DNA of 64,000 bases from Squalus acanthias (Eukaryota), in assembly GCA_030390025.1 (NCBI GenBank), contig CM059430.1:62310001-62374000 (forward strand). Reading direction: 5' to 3'. The translations under genes were made by a program, and so were the position numbers. Positions 39,380 through 52,419 of the stretch are shown here, piece after piece. Positions within the stretch are counted from its first letter, which is position 1. Every line of letters begins with the position of its first letter. Under the pieces are notes generated by a model, which saw only the letters and a list, made by a program, of their open reading frames with translations, did not search any database and was not told where the DNA came from.

Positions 39380-40142
39380 GGCCCAGAAATTAAACATCGA
39401 TGGTTCCCGCGGGGGTAATGATTCCCCGCGATATCGCACTCCGCTCCTACCTTTTTGTTTGGGGCCCACACGAACTTTACTTTCAGATCCTCTCCCTGTT
39501 GCAACCGTGCAGTGCTTGCGTGTCCCAGAGGCGCAATTAGTTCGTGCGAGCTCTGGGATCACGTGATTCAGTTAGAGCCAATGGCAGCACACCATCTTTC
39601 ATTCATAGTTTTGACAGCAAGGGCTGTCAAAGCTATGAATACTACAAACCCCCAAAAGAACAGCTAAACCTCAATTAAATTTAAAAAAGCCATCACATTA
39701 ATAAAATAAGTATAATTAAATAAATTAACCACTTTAAACAAAAAATAAAATGTTTGAAAAAATGTAAAATCTTTTTCAAAGTTATAAAAATAAACTTACC
39801 TTTCTTTAAAGTCTCTAAAAAAGATAAACCTGTTGAAAAAATGTTAAAATAACACTTAATTAACTACTTACCTTGTTAAAAGGGGGTCCTACGCCTGCTT
39901 TCTTTATGTGTAAAATCTTCACCACTTACCGGCGCGTTCAAACCTGGAAAAAAAAACGAAATGCACTGCATGCGCACAACCTGTAGCGCACACACGGTTC
40001 ACTTAGGAACCGCCCCCTTTGCAATTCACGAAGTTCCGGTTTCCCGCACATGCGCAGTGCATACAAGAAACCGGCATTTCGGGACCTAATACGCGAGAGT
40101 ACACAGTGCGTACTCTCGCATATTAGGTTTAATTTCCGGGCC
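39380..40142. mobile_element. Harbinger-type MITE family 1 (inverted relative to the 37041 copy)
   Basis: ggcccagaaatt...aatttccgggcc. Confidence 0.85.
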
Positions 40143-41579
40143 ATTATGTAAGTCTTCATCAGCCATTTTATTGAAAGTTAAGGTACATTTTATAAAATAC
40201 AGTCTATCTCGCATGGAGCTGAACAAGGAGATTCAAACTGGAGTGTAGTCATCAGATGACGCAGGGTTAGAAGCTGGGTGATATTTGGACCAGAGCATGC
40301 AGACGTACCTCTACACCCATTTAAAGTCATATACATTCTGACCTATAAATTCCGATATTCATTTCTACAAAATTTAATGTTAAACAGTTAGCCTGCAATT
40401 ACACTATCTGGCAGTGGCGGCGCTGCAGTGCCACTAAGGCGGGGAGGGTGTAACTACAGCTTGACGTACTTAGAGTAACATTTTCCATTGTAAATGGTAC
40501 AGTGGACAGAAAATGTGCGCAGATATAATAATATATGTTATTGACTGACTTCTGCCTTGATTGAACTGCCGCCTTTAAGATTATCTGAGTGTAGATGCAT
40601 TTAAGGGGCGGCAAAATAAGCATATCAGGGAGAAGGGAATAGAGGGTTATGCTGATAGAGTTAGAGGAAGAAGGATGCGAGGAGGATCGAGTGGTGTATA
40701 AGCGACGGCATGCACTGGTTGGGCCGAATTCCCTGTTTGTGTGCTGTTTATTCTATGTAATTCTATGGAAGGAATCACCTGCCTGTTTAGGTAGGAGTAA
40801 AATAACCCAAGGTATTTTTGAAGAAGAACGCGCAGTTCTCCCTGTTTCCTCTTCACCAATCCTTCCCATAGATCTTTTTCACTCCTATCCTGTGGTTTCT
40901 CTCAGTGAGAGTGATAACTGGTTCCAAACTGAACCATTTTGTTCTGTGGTCCATGCCCAACAGGAACAGGCATAACTTTTGTTGGAAGTTTTCTGTTAGA
41001 ATCAAAGTAACGTCTGCCATTAAATTTCAATATCAAAGAGTTGCACGCTGCCATTGAACGAAATTGCAAGGACGTTAGTGAGAGTTCATGAAGCAATCGT
41101 TTTAATTGATTCCCGAAAATTTCTATTTGAACTAACAAATTAATACATCAATAAAATGTCGCTTTTCTTACCCACTGACTGGGATATAAATCAATTACTT
41201 TTTTCAATCACATAATACAGTTATATAAATCATTAAATATGTGCATTTAATATCTGTAGTTACATAAACCACAAGATCTGGCTTGCACTGAGTGGGGCTG
41301 TGATCACTGAACTCAGAAACGAGGAGCTCTAATGCATGCGCGCTATTCTCTACACAGACTATTCAAAGCAGTCACAGTGCTGCATGTTGGGAGCTGTCGG
41401 CTCCTGCCTTTTTGAGCTTGTTTACCTCTGACAGAGTGCTATCGCTGGAAAGCCCTTACACTGTAAACTCTGGATTGTGAGAGAGGTGCTAGCTTCATAT
41501 TAAAACGTAATCAGAATCTGATGAAAACACAGAAAATTCTATTGTATCAATTGGTTAAATATTTTCTTGTAAATTTTGT

Positions 41580-42540
41580 AATTTTCCAATCCTCCTTTGA
41601 TACGAGGCTGGTTCCAGAGGAGTGGAGAATTGCACAAATTACACCCTTGTTCAAAAACGGGTGTAAGGATAAACCCAGAAACTACAGGCCAGTCAGTTTA
41701 ACCTCGGCAGTGGGTAAGCTTTTAGAAACGATAATCAACGACAAAATTAACAGTCACTTGGACAAGTGTGGATTAATTAAGGAAATCCAGCACGGATTTG
41801 TTACTGGTAAATCGTGTTTAATTAATTTGATTGAGTTATTTGATGAGGTAACAGAAAGGGTTGATGAGGGCAATGCGGTTGATGTGGTGTATATGGACTT
41901 CAAAAAGGCGTTTGATAAATTGCCACATAATAGGCTTGCCAGAAAAGTTGAAGCCCATGGAATAAAAGGGATAGTGGCAGCATGGATACGAAATTAGTTA
42001 ATTACAGTTAACAGAGAGTAGTGGTGAACGGTTGGTTTCCGGTTGGAGGAAGCTATACAGTGATGTTCCCCAAGGGTTGCTACTGCTTTTCTTGATATAT
42101 ATTAATGACTTGGACTTGAGTGTACAATGCACAATTTCAAAATATGCGGATGAGACAAAACTTGTAAGTATAGTGAACAGTGAGGAGGATAGTGGTAGAC
42201 TTCAAGAGGACATAGACAGGCTGGTGGAATGGGCGGACATGTGGCAGATGAAATGTAACGCATAAAAGTAGGAAGTGATGCATTTTGGTATGTTAAACGA
42301 GGAAAGTCAATGATCTGGAATGCACTGCTGGAAGGGTGGCGGGTGTAGATTCAATTATGGCTTTCAAAAGGGAATTGGATAAGTAAATGAAGTAAAAATA
42401 ATTGCAGGGCTAAAGCAAAAGGGCTGGCGAAGTGGGATTAGCTGAAGTGCTGTTGCGGAGACCCGGCACGGGCTCGACGGGCCGAACGGCCTCCTTCTGT
42501 GCTATAACCATTCTATGCTTCTATTCTATGATTCTATGTA
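41580..42540 (+). mobile_element. CR1 RT fragment and tail
   Basis: NYRPVSLTSAVGKLLE...QHGF...YMDFKKAFDK...YADETK. Confidence 0.88.
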
Positions 42541-43057
42541 TTATGATGTTATAAAACTTGCTTCCGCTTGTAAGCCTCAGCTTAATGGTGAACGAAAAAC
42601 ACAGTATTATCAAACAATTTGGTTGGTTCCTCCTTATCTAATGGTTATACTTTACTGACTGGTCATGCGTTATTGTTTTAATACGATATTAGCAATTCAA
42701 CATTGGTGCTGTTTCTACCCTCCTTCTGCTCATTTGATTTTGGCGTTCACATATCAATTATCATTTGATGCTTTTTAATGATGTTAACTTAATTTAAACA
42801 CAACAGATGTAAGTGATATTAAACGACACAATCTTCGAGATAGATTGTTGGCATTCTCCGACCAGAATGGTTTGTATATACATTCCCAGATTCCTTTAGG
42901 TCGACAGGCTTAGATTTCTGGAATTGACTAACTCTTTCGTGCTTCGGTCCGTGATGGTCCTCTTGGTCCAAATATTGAGAATGTGGATGAACGGGTGTTG
43001 TCACATGAGGAAAGAAGGTCAAAGGGCCATGGTGCAACTCACCATGAAAAGAATAAT

Positions 43058-43490
43058 AGAATCATTGAAATTTATGGCACAGAAGGAGGCTATTCGGCCC
43101 ATCGTGTCTGCGCCCGTCGAAAAAGAGCCATCCAGACGATCCCCTCCTCCCAGCTCTTGATCTATAGCCTTGCAGGTTATGGCACTTCAACGCATATCCA
43201 AGAACTTTTTAATTGTGATGAGGGTTTCTGCCTCTACAACCCTTTCAGGCAGTGTTTTCCAGATCCCCAACGCCCTCTTAGAGAAAAAAGATCTCCTCAA
43301 CTCCCCTCTAATCTTCTACCAATTACGTTAACCTATGCCCCTTGGTTATTGCCTTCTCTGCTAAGTGATATACGTGCTTCCTATCTACTCTATCTAGGCC
43401 CCTTATAACTTTATACACCTCAATTAATTCTTCCCTCAGCGTAATCTTTTCCAAAGAAAACAACCCCAGCCTATCCAATCTTTTTTTTTA
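43058..43490 (-). mobile_element. CR1 3' fragment
   Basis: Same family as 22070-22500. Confidence 0.75.
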
Positions 43491-44918
43491 ACTCGTTCAT
43501 GGGCCGTGGGTATTGCAGGCAAGGCCAGCATTTATTGCCCATTCCTAGTTGCCCTTGAGAAGTTGGTCGTGAGCTGCCTTCTTGAAACGCGTCAGTCTGT
43601 GTGGTGAAGGTACTGCCACAGTGCTGTTAGGTAGGGAGTTCCAGGTCTTTGACCCAGGATGAAGAAAGAAAGCCTATTTACTTCAAAGTCAGGATGATGT
43701 ATGACTTGAAAGGGAACTTGGAGGTGGTGGTGTTCCGATGCATCTGCTGCCCTTATCCTTCTAGGTGGTAGAGGTCGCAGGTTTCGGATGGGCTGCCGAA
43801 GAAACCTTGACGAGTTGCTGCAGTGCATCTTGTAGATGGTACACACTGGGTAAGCCAATGTTGGAGCGAGTGAATGTTTAAGGTGCCAATAAAGCGGGCT
43901 GCTATGTCCTGGATAGTGTCGAACTTCTTGAGTGTTGTTGGAACTGAACTCATCCAGGCAAGTGGAGCGTATTCCATCACCCTCCTGACTTGTGCCTTGT
44001 AGATGGTGGACAGGCCTTGGGGAGTCAGGAAGCGAGAGACTCGCCACAGAATACCCAGCCTCTGATCTGCTCTTGTTGCCACAGAATTTTTGTGGTTGGT
44101 CCAGTTAAGTTTGTGGTCAATGCTGACCCCCCAGGATGTTGATGGTGGGGGATTCGGCGATGGTAATTCCATTTAATGTCAAGGGGCGGTGGTTAGGCTC
44201 TCGCTTGTTGGAAATAGTGATTGCCTGGCACTTGAATGACGCGAATATTACCTGCCACTTATCAGCCCAAGCCTGAATGCCGTCCAGGTCTTGTTGCATG
44301 CGGGCATGGACTGCTTCATTATCTGAGGAGTTGCGGATGACACTCAATACTGTGCTGTCCTCAGCGAACATCCCAACGCCTGACCTTATGATGTACGGAT
44401 GGTCATTGATAAAGCAGCTGAATATGGTTGGCCCTAGGACATTGCCCTGAGAAACTCCTGCAGCGATGTCCTGGGGCTGTGATGATTGACCTCCAACATC
44501 CACAACCATCTTCCTTTGTGCTAGGTATGACTCCAGCCGGTGGAGAGTTTTCTCCCCAATTCCCTTCGACTTCAGTTTTACTAGGGCTCCTTGATGTCAC
44601 ACTCGGTCAAATGCTGCCTTGATATCAAGGGCAGTCACTCTCACCTCACCTCTGGAATTCAGCTCTTTTGTCCATGTTTGACTGTAATGAGGTCTGGAGC
44701 CGAGTGGTCCAGGCCGAACCCAAATTAGGCACCAGTGAGCAGGTTATTGGAGAGTAAGTGCTGCTTCATAGCAGTGTCGACGACACCTTCCATCACTTTC
44801 CTAATGATTGAGAGTAGACTGATGGTGCAGTAATTGGCTGGTTTGGATTTATCCTGCTTGATGTGGACAGGACATACCTGGGCAGTTTTCCATATTGTCG
44901 GAAAGTTGCCAGTGTTAT
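43490..44918 (-). mobile_element. Second-family LINE, RT and 3' end
   Basis: NYCTISLLSII; GVSQGNVLGPTIFSCFIND; FAEDS; YKAQVRRVMEY. Confidence 0.85.
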
Positions 44919-45199
44919 ACGACTCCGTTGATACCTTACTTCTTATCAGAACCCGGTACTGATAGAACGCCCAAATGTTCATCGTTTTTAATGCTGTACG
45001 TGAATGTGTCACTTTCGTTTCCATAATTATCAAAATAATCTACTGCACGTTGACTTAATCTCCAGCTCGAAGCCAACGAATTTTTATTAGTTGAACAAAT
45101 AGAATGTGACATAGATTGCAACATAACGGCAAAGAAACATTTGCACAAGTACTTACATCTCGCAGGCCCTGTGTCATTCCGGATAAATCTACTAAACTC

Positions 45200-46270
45200 T
45201 TGCAGAAACCTGAGCAAATCAAGCCCAGTCAGCACAAATTTCAAAAAGGCAGATCGCGCTTGACTTATAGGATTTACTGAAGAAATAACAGAGAAGAGAA
45301 AAAGGAAAGGTAATAGATGAAGTTTAAATACATTTTAAAAACGCATTTGATAACGTTCCACATATTATAACGCCACGTGGAAGTAAGAGTAAGGTGGCCA
45401 CATGGTTGGAGAGATAGTTGGAAGATAGGAAACAAAGTTTAAGGGTAAAATAACGTTTCTCGCGTTAAGATGTGGCGAGTGGTGTTCCACGGGCACTGCG
45501 TTGGGCTTCTTCTATATATTATACACATCAATTATCTTGACTGGGGAATTGAGGGTGCATCATTAAAACGTGCAGATGACATTTTATGGGGAGTCGGGAA
45601 AGAAATTATGCTGCAGGTCGTGAACTGCAGCAGACGACATCGAAAGTTAGTTTGAAGGGCAGATAGATGTCTGATTTTGAATGCAGGGAAATGTGAAATA
45701 GTATATTTTTGCAGGTACATTTAGAAAAAGGAAATGCATCTTGAACGGTATGATTTTAAATGCTGCAGAGGAGCACAGGGACCTCAATGAATGATTGAAA
45801 CAGAAGTTCATTACGAAGTAAAAATACAAAGGGAGTGTCTTGGCTTAGATTTTGGTGCCATCGAATACAGAAACAAGGAGATAATGTTCAACTGGTGTAA
45901 GAGCTTATGTAGAACTATGGAAGAATACAAAAATAAATTAAACGGCGCTGCCTAACTGACCAAGAATGAAGAATTATTAATTGAGAAACGTGGACTTCTT
46001 TAACTGGAGCTCAAAAATTGCTGAGTGACTTGATAGAGGTTTTCAAAACTACAAGGTTTTATGACAAGAACATAGTGATAGGTTATTTTCACTGTCCAGT
46101 AGACGGTGGCGAGTGAGTACAACTTTAACATAATCGGAAAAAATAAAGGGAGAGGTAAAATACTCTTTGCTTGTTTAGACTTTGAGATGTGGACGTGTCT
46201 GCCACAAAACGTTACTAAATCACAGCCCAAGATTTATTTTAGAATTGAATTAGTTGCATGAAAAAGAGGA
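45200..46270 (+). mobile_element. Ancient, highly decayed CR1 remnant (also at 61670-62740 and 25470-25800)
   Basis: Residual motifs agtcagcac..ttt.aaaaaggcagatcg (SQHGF.KG.SC), gagtggtgttccacggg (SGVP), gcagatgac. Confidence 0.55.
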
Positions 46271-47399
46271 ATATTAACGATTGTGTGAATTTAAATGGAA
46301 AACGGAACTAACTGAGTGGAGAGAAAAAAAGTACAGGCTTTGTTTCTCTGTTGTAAAACGCTTGTTAATGCACAGTCATCAATCCCGGGCAGCGAGGCAG
46401 AACAAGAGGAATGGATTCAATTCGTCTTGTATTATCTTTACATTCGGAGCTGACCCCTTGGTAACTGGAACTGTTCAGCTGCCTTTCTTCCAGTAACTAG
46501 CCACACAATGTTCTAACCCAGTAATTCAAGTGATCTACTTCCTCAATACTCACAGCATAATCATGGAAACTACGAGTTGTTTATAGCTGACGAGGCAACC
46601 ACGCTAATATGGATAAATGGTTGCAGTTCTATTCTCTCTCTTGAGGCTTGTTAATTTTCTAGTTGCGTGCCAAACCATACAGACTGCTTATATCTATATT
46701 ATCCACGACTGTCAACATTTTAAATGCCTGTTTAGTGCGGTCTTTTGTCCAATAAAAATGCATTACGCTCTGTCGGGCTTTTCTCACAACTTAAGTAGTA
46801 TGACCCGGATTCATTATTGTTGTTCGTCTCAGAACTCTCTGGAATCACTATCCATTTGAAGATACAACCGAATGAGAATAATGGAGGTATTCGATTTTGG
46901 AAGCGACTTGGAGTTGTCAGGGCGCATAGATTCGAATAGGAATCATACGGAATTTAGAGAAAGGCATCTTATACGCCTTCATCTGCAAGCTGTTTTCAGA
47001 GGGATTATGGAAGAATCCATAAATTTGAGCGCCCTGCCTTCCAAACCAGGAAAATCGCCTGCACAGGAGGTCAGAACACGGTAACGCAACACACAAGTCA
47101 AAACTCAGGCTTTGCAGTTTTACCCGCAAAAAATAAATAAATCAGCAATCGTTGATTGATAAGAGAGGTCGTGTAACATCTACTTTTATTGAATTTTATT
47201 TGATGATATCAAGATACAGCAGAACAAATAGCGTATCATTGCAGATATTTGTCATCTGTGAAATACTATAGATTGATCAAAAATGTGCAACGCAAGAGCG
47301 CTTTCTTACAAATAATTAAATGAAAATTCCTCAAATATTTAAGCAATAAAAAACGATTACACCCGCATTCAATGATATAACACTCGAATATGTTGCACT

Positions 47400-47763
47400 G
47401 ATTATTTTATTGTTGTAGACTGACAAATCTAGAGTCGCCTAGCTCCCTTGTTTTGTCTGTAATCCCATGTTTGGAAATATTGTAAATTGGTCGTTTTTCC
47501 AATTTTGTGGACTGCTGACGAAAACAATCACCAGAATAACACACAGACAGCTTGAGGTACACTACACGACCCGAGTCACCCAACCTTGTAGTCTCAGTTA
47601 TCGCATGAATGTTGGTGCTGCACTGGTGATCTGTGTCTTTCTGATCCGCTACCCAGCCCCGGCTGATGGAACACAGTCCTCTCCTCTTCAAGCTAACATC
47701 TTGTAGTTAACTTAGTTCTGCTCAAACCTACTGCAGCATATCAACAATCTAAGCCTTTTCTAC
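47400..47763 (-). pseudogene. Decayed ITIM pseudo-exons downstream of gene B
   Basis: 47763-47663 is homologous to exon 6 with both splice sites lost and stops. Sequence from 47456 is homologous to exon 7 with deletions. Confidence 0.75.
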
Positions 47764-48144
47764 CCGCATGGGCCAGAAATAATTATATATGTTCCAATGT
47801 GGCGAGTTCATTGCCTTCACCAGTTTACAGACTACTGGTTAAGCATTGAATAGAACAACATAGGCTCGAAACAAATTGCAGGAGGCACAGTTAATGCAGT
47901 GATACAAGTGTGAATGTTAAGACCGGTGAGTACTGTGGTCGTTATAACTAATAATTAAACCTGTCAATATTCGTTTTACAATACAATGTTACGGAAATGA
48001 TTAAGTGAGCAGTAGTTCCAGAACACGGTGTTGCCCAATTACAAATAATTTTGAATCGAAAATAGTTATTAATTAGGTAAATTTTCAACGAAACGGGCCG
48101 ATTTCTTGTCTGCTAGTTAATCACTTAAACCAGCAATGCACCGG

Positions 48145-48252
48145 GGGCGCGGCTGAAATTGATCTTCGGCGGTAGCGCGAATCAGGCGATAGCGATTGGG
48201 CAACAAGTCTTACACCGCGCTCGCATATTTTTCCGAAAACCAATTTGGCCCC
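48145..48252. mobile_element. Short MITE-like insertion
   Basis: ggctgaaattg...caatttggcccc inverted ends. Absent at the homologous position near 32405. Confidence 0.5.
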
Positions 48253-48951
48253 GAGGGTGAAATCCTTCCCGGCCGCCGTCAAGAATTTTTGTGAATACGA
48301 TTAGAATGACCCATTAAGGGGGTCAAATAAATTTAGGAAATAGACAAACAGTTCTGACGTGATTAAGATATACATTTTTCTTCATATTTGAACCTTTTGC
48401 TGGGTGAATAAATAAAAGTAGCAGCTCCTCATGCCGGTTCGGTCCCTTTATAGAATTTTTTCCCTGTGAAGTAATGAAATTTAATCATAATGATTGATTG
48501 ATATATTTACTGAGTTTGCATATTAATGCTTTCAAAGACCTTTCTAGAGTCGCTATAATGCCGAACTTCATTTTCAATTTCAGATTATGCTGTTAGTGTT
48601 TGAAATCTCACTGCTGAGACCAGGAATGTTGTTCAACCATTCTGGGCCGGAGTCTCACACCTATTCAGGATACATTCTATTCATCATCCTGCGAAGTGGA
48701 AATTTCTGTTGCAAATATCCAGATAATCAGATCCTTTAATTTAAATTCTGCGAGTATTTCTGCGTTTTAAAGAACTGAATCTGTTGCTGTTTGGAACAAT
48801 CAGCGCTCCCTGAAATCAGATAACACTGCCTTCAACTTTAAGTCATAATTTAGTTCTCCTTCCTCTGCGCTATTCGGAAACACTCACTCCCCCGTCCTCC
48901 TCAGGTCGCTGAAGTATTGTATGAAAATCAAATGCTTATAATAGATCTTAC

Positions 48952-49065
48952 CTTTATTAATCTGCAATTGACAGTGCATCCCAATGATGATCAGGAGCAG
49001 CAGGAACGCTAATCCATCCACCGCATATCTAAATCCCGAGTAGTAAGAGGACATACCGACGCTAG
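48952..49065 (-). CDS. Gene B TM exon with Arg and Asp
   Basis: ASVGMSSYYSGFRYAVDGLAFLLLLIIIGMHCQLQINK; 114 nt; splice sites intact. Confidence 0.85.
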
Positions 49066-51503
49066 CTGCAAGAATAATAGGAACAAAATATTAAGTTGTA
49101 CATTGTGACGAGTGTTTCCTAAAAAGAGATCTCAGCAGAGTTCTTTGGTTGAACTATTGATGTTTTATTAACTCCGTCGTACAGAATGGCAATAAGGATG
49201 TTTTAATAAAAACTGTTATTCTTTTTTAGATATAATATTGGGAGGGACTAATGCTTCTAATGGGTGAGAAAATTATTGCTTAAAATGCGAAGAGGGATTG
49301 GTGTAAGAGAGGTAATATACGAGTGGAATGTTTCCCTTTACCGAATGGCTTGTATTTTTCCTTCACTTTTCTTATGTTCTTTACCTACTGTCTGATGTTA
49401 TCCCAGGCAATTCGGTGGCAATTGTTTCGCCGTTCCCTTTAGAAAATGCCGAATTGCAGAAATCGGTTAAAACCCCCTGTTCACACATCTGTACTTTATT
49501 GAAGTAAGAATGTCACTGTATAGTCATGGGGATGGTTTATTAAATATTGTCTGCCGAGTTTAGCAGTTCTTAATAAAATGATGTAACCGGCTGAAAAGCA
49601 GTCAGACAGTAAGAACAGTTTAAATTAAATTTATGAGACAGATCCCACTTCAGCCCTTGTGCGAAGATTAGAAGTTGGCCAAAGGGTTAATTTCAGAACT
49701 CTTCATTCAGAATCGCCAAAAAGCGGATCAGGATCGGGAAATGAATTGGGAGAAACCCGAGAGCAGACAACTTGATCGTAGCTCCTGGTAAACGTCCAGA
49801 TGAAGCAGTCAACGTTAAAGAATAAACATTTTAACATGGAAACAAAACAAAGAGTAACAATCAGCAAAATATGAAATATCATCGGATAACAAAGATAAGC
49901 CTCATTTTTATATGTGTTCTTTATCAAATACAGGAATTTGAAGGCTTAATAATGTTTTACAGAGAATGTTTGTACGGCAGACGATATACCCGGTTTTACA
50001 ACACATTGGGTTCCACTAATCATTCAAACATGAATTTTATGTCTTTGTTTATATTCCCATGAGTTTTCCGTGTACTCCAGCAAACATTCAAAAAGGTTTC
50101 CTTCATTTCAATTGCTTATGAAAAGATTTCCAAATTCTTTCGATTCAGGTGCCCACGGCTCCGACTTACATCGTTCAGAAAGCCACATTCTTTCCTATGC
50201 TGCAGTACAACCACTTACTCGCCATGGGCAAAGCTATGGGAAATAAGCTTATATATGGATTTCCAACGGTGGTGTGCACAGTACGTTTGAGCATAGGCTA
50301 TTGTATAACACGAAGGTGACTCCGGGGGTTAGAATAACATCGGTCGCCTGTGGTGTTTTGCTTCTTGCAATTGTATATTTGCTTCTATCCAACTTGCGAA
50401 TTACTTTTGTGCTGCCCTCTCTATCTTTGCCTTACACCTTCTTCTTTCTTAATCTTTCTATTTGTATGTTTGTCACACATTTTATTCATTGTGCTGTCTG
50501 TAAAGGTCTATCTAAAGATCTATGCAGCAATTTTTTGGATTTTGTCTGTTTCACTCCTAATAAATGAATCGCTAATACTTCTCTCCTTAGGTAGTTCCAA
50601 ATGTTGTGTATTGGCTCCCACAAAAGATACATTTTAATATACTCAAAGTCTCTCTCTTATCATTGTTTACGGTCTTAATGACGTGGGAAGATGGAAGGCA
50701 ACATGTACTTTGTGAAGGAGGCTTTTGGAAAGGTGATGCAAGATGCAGAGTTGAGAGAGTAAGTGGGATGGGGAGACTGTGTGCCTGGAAGGGGTGTAGG
50801 CAGATCTGTGGCCAGGACGAAACAATAGAATAGATTTCGATTTGAAAGTTGGAGGGCAAGGTAGTCTTGAACCGAACGGGAGAAGGTACGAACTAGGATT
50901 AATCATGATGTCTTGTGTGGAAACATGATGGGATTATGGTATGTTTTCTTGGTTGCTCGGTTAATCCATTCACTTGGGGGTAGAAGGCCATTGCTGAAAA
51001 ATGAGAGATGGAACACAGGAAATGAGTTTGTGTTTGCGAGTAATTTACACTGTAAAAACCTCACAGTGAATCGCCCATCAGAGGTCGGACTCAGGAGACC
51101 CACTAGGAGACGCTCGAAGCCAGACAAACGAAGTGCCGCTCTTGGTCCTGCAACTCATGTAAGGAACCAGATAAAGGGAAACAAATGAGTTTTGAGTAAT
51201 CAGCAAGAAATGAAAACAATTGGATAAAAGAGGTTCATCGCCTGCTCATATTTGTTTAACAATTGGAAGCTGATAAGTTTTAACAGGCAGCTACTGGGTG
51301 AAGGGCGATAATAATCCTTAGGTTTAACAAAGTTTCCGGGTCTATAATATTTTACATTCAAACATTAATTTTCTCTTTAGTTTGCTGTTTCCTGGGCGCT
51401 TTTTTAAACTAAATTTATGATTATTAATATGAACAAATTCTATGATATACCCTTTCAGAATATAACAGTAGCTGACCTCACTTCTTGGCTGTTGGCTTCG
51501 TAC

Positions 51504-51815
51504 CTGGGTCAGAATTAACAACTGTGTGGATGACAATGGCGGGAGTCCGGAGGGAGGCATGAGATACCAAACAGATGTAAACAGCCCCGTTCGGCACTGT
51601 CTGCGTCTCTTCCAAAGAGCTGGAAACTTCATAGAGTCCCTCAGTGTTCTGCCGTTCAGTGGAATTGATCCCAGTTGCGGTTTCGACGCCATTTTTATAC
51701 CAAACCAGGGTTAATTCGCGCGGGTAAAACCCAGCCGTTTCACACACAAGAGTCAGAGACGCAGCTGAATTGCTCTTGGGTGTCCTGGGAACAATCTTCA
51801 ATGGATTTGGGTGAG
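51504..51815 (-). CDS. Gene B C1-set exon (open)
   Basis: 312 nt, splice sites intact, 5 aa differences from the gene A C1. Confidence 0.9.
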
Positions 51816-52249
51816 CTACGGAACAAGAAATGGGGAATATCAGGTTTCTAGTGGGATATTAAACATAAGATATGGGAGCACAACGGTATCCTCAGTCACT
51901 CCCGGAGAGAGGGAGCCGCGCATTCATCGAAAAGACTTTCAGTCAGTCATCAATATATTTGGAATTTGTTCCGCAAATTCCATTTCCAGAAGTCTGATGT
52001 AAGAAATACATTTTGAGATGAATCGAGTTGCATTTTACTTAATTTGGTTAATATTGATGACATTTTACACAACTTAGCAAATGGTACGTCATATTATGCC
52101 AAATAATTAGCAATTCTCTGCAGAGTTTTCGTGTAAATGTATTAATATAATTGGTTTACAATTTCAAAGACGGTGCAAAAAAAATGACAAAACTTCATCC
52201 TTGTTACATTTGATACATTTGGATGTTCCCGCTCACTCCGGTCACTTAC

Positions 52250-52419
52250 CTCACACAGTTAGATGTGATCCTGTTCCATTTCCAATAACTCTTCCGTGAC
52301 GCATCACTGCGCAGTGATACATTACAGAGTCCCGGAAAGACAGGTTCAGTAACTCAAAAAAACCGGGTCCTTTATCTTTCAGAGTAAATCGTTTTATTTT
52401 ATCGGCTCCGCTTTGCAGA
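52250..52419 (-). pseudogene. Gene B V-exon 3' remnant
   Basis: LQSGADKIKRFTLKDKGPGFFELLNLSFRDSVMYHCAVMRHGRVIGNGTGSHLTV* (TGC changed to TGA at 52253-52251). Confidence 0.88.

Larger units (their letters stand above)
34858..47535. repeat. Recent tandem segmental duplication, copy 1
   Basis: Near-identical to 51246-64000 (offset ~16.4 kb), apart from an inversion and two deletions. Confidence 0.92.
48429..52419 (-). pseudogene. Gene B: activating-type paralog (partial V, C1, Arg-containing TM, short tail), 5'-deleted
   Basis: V remnant 52419-52250 ending GTG TGA; C1 51815-51504; TM 49065-48952; tail exon 48463-48429 GKKFYKGTEPA*. Leader, promoter and 5' half of V are missing. Confidence 0.85.
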
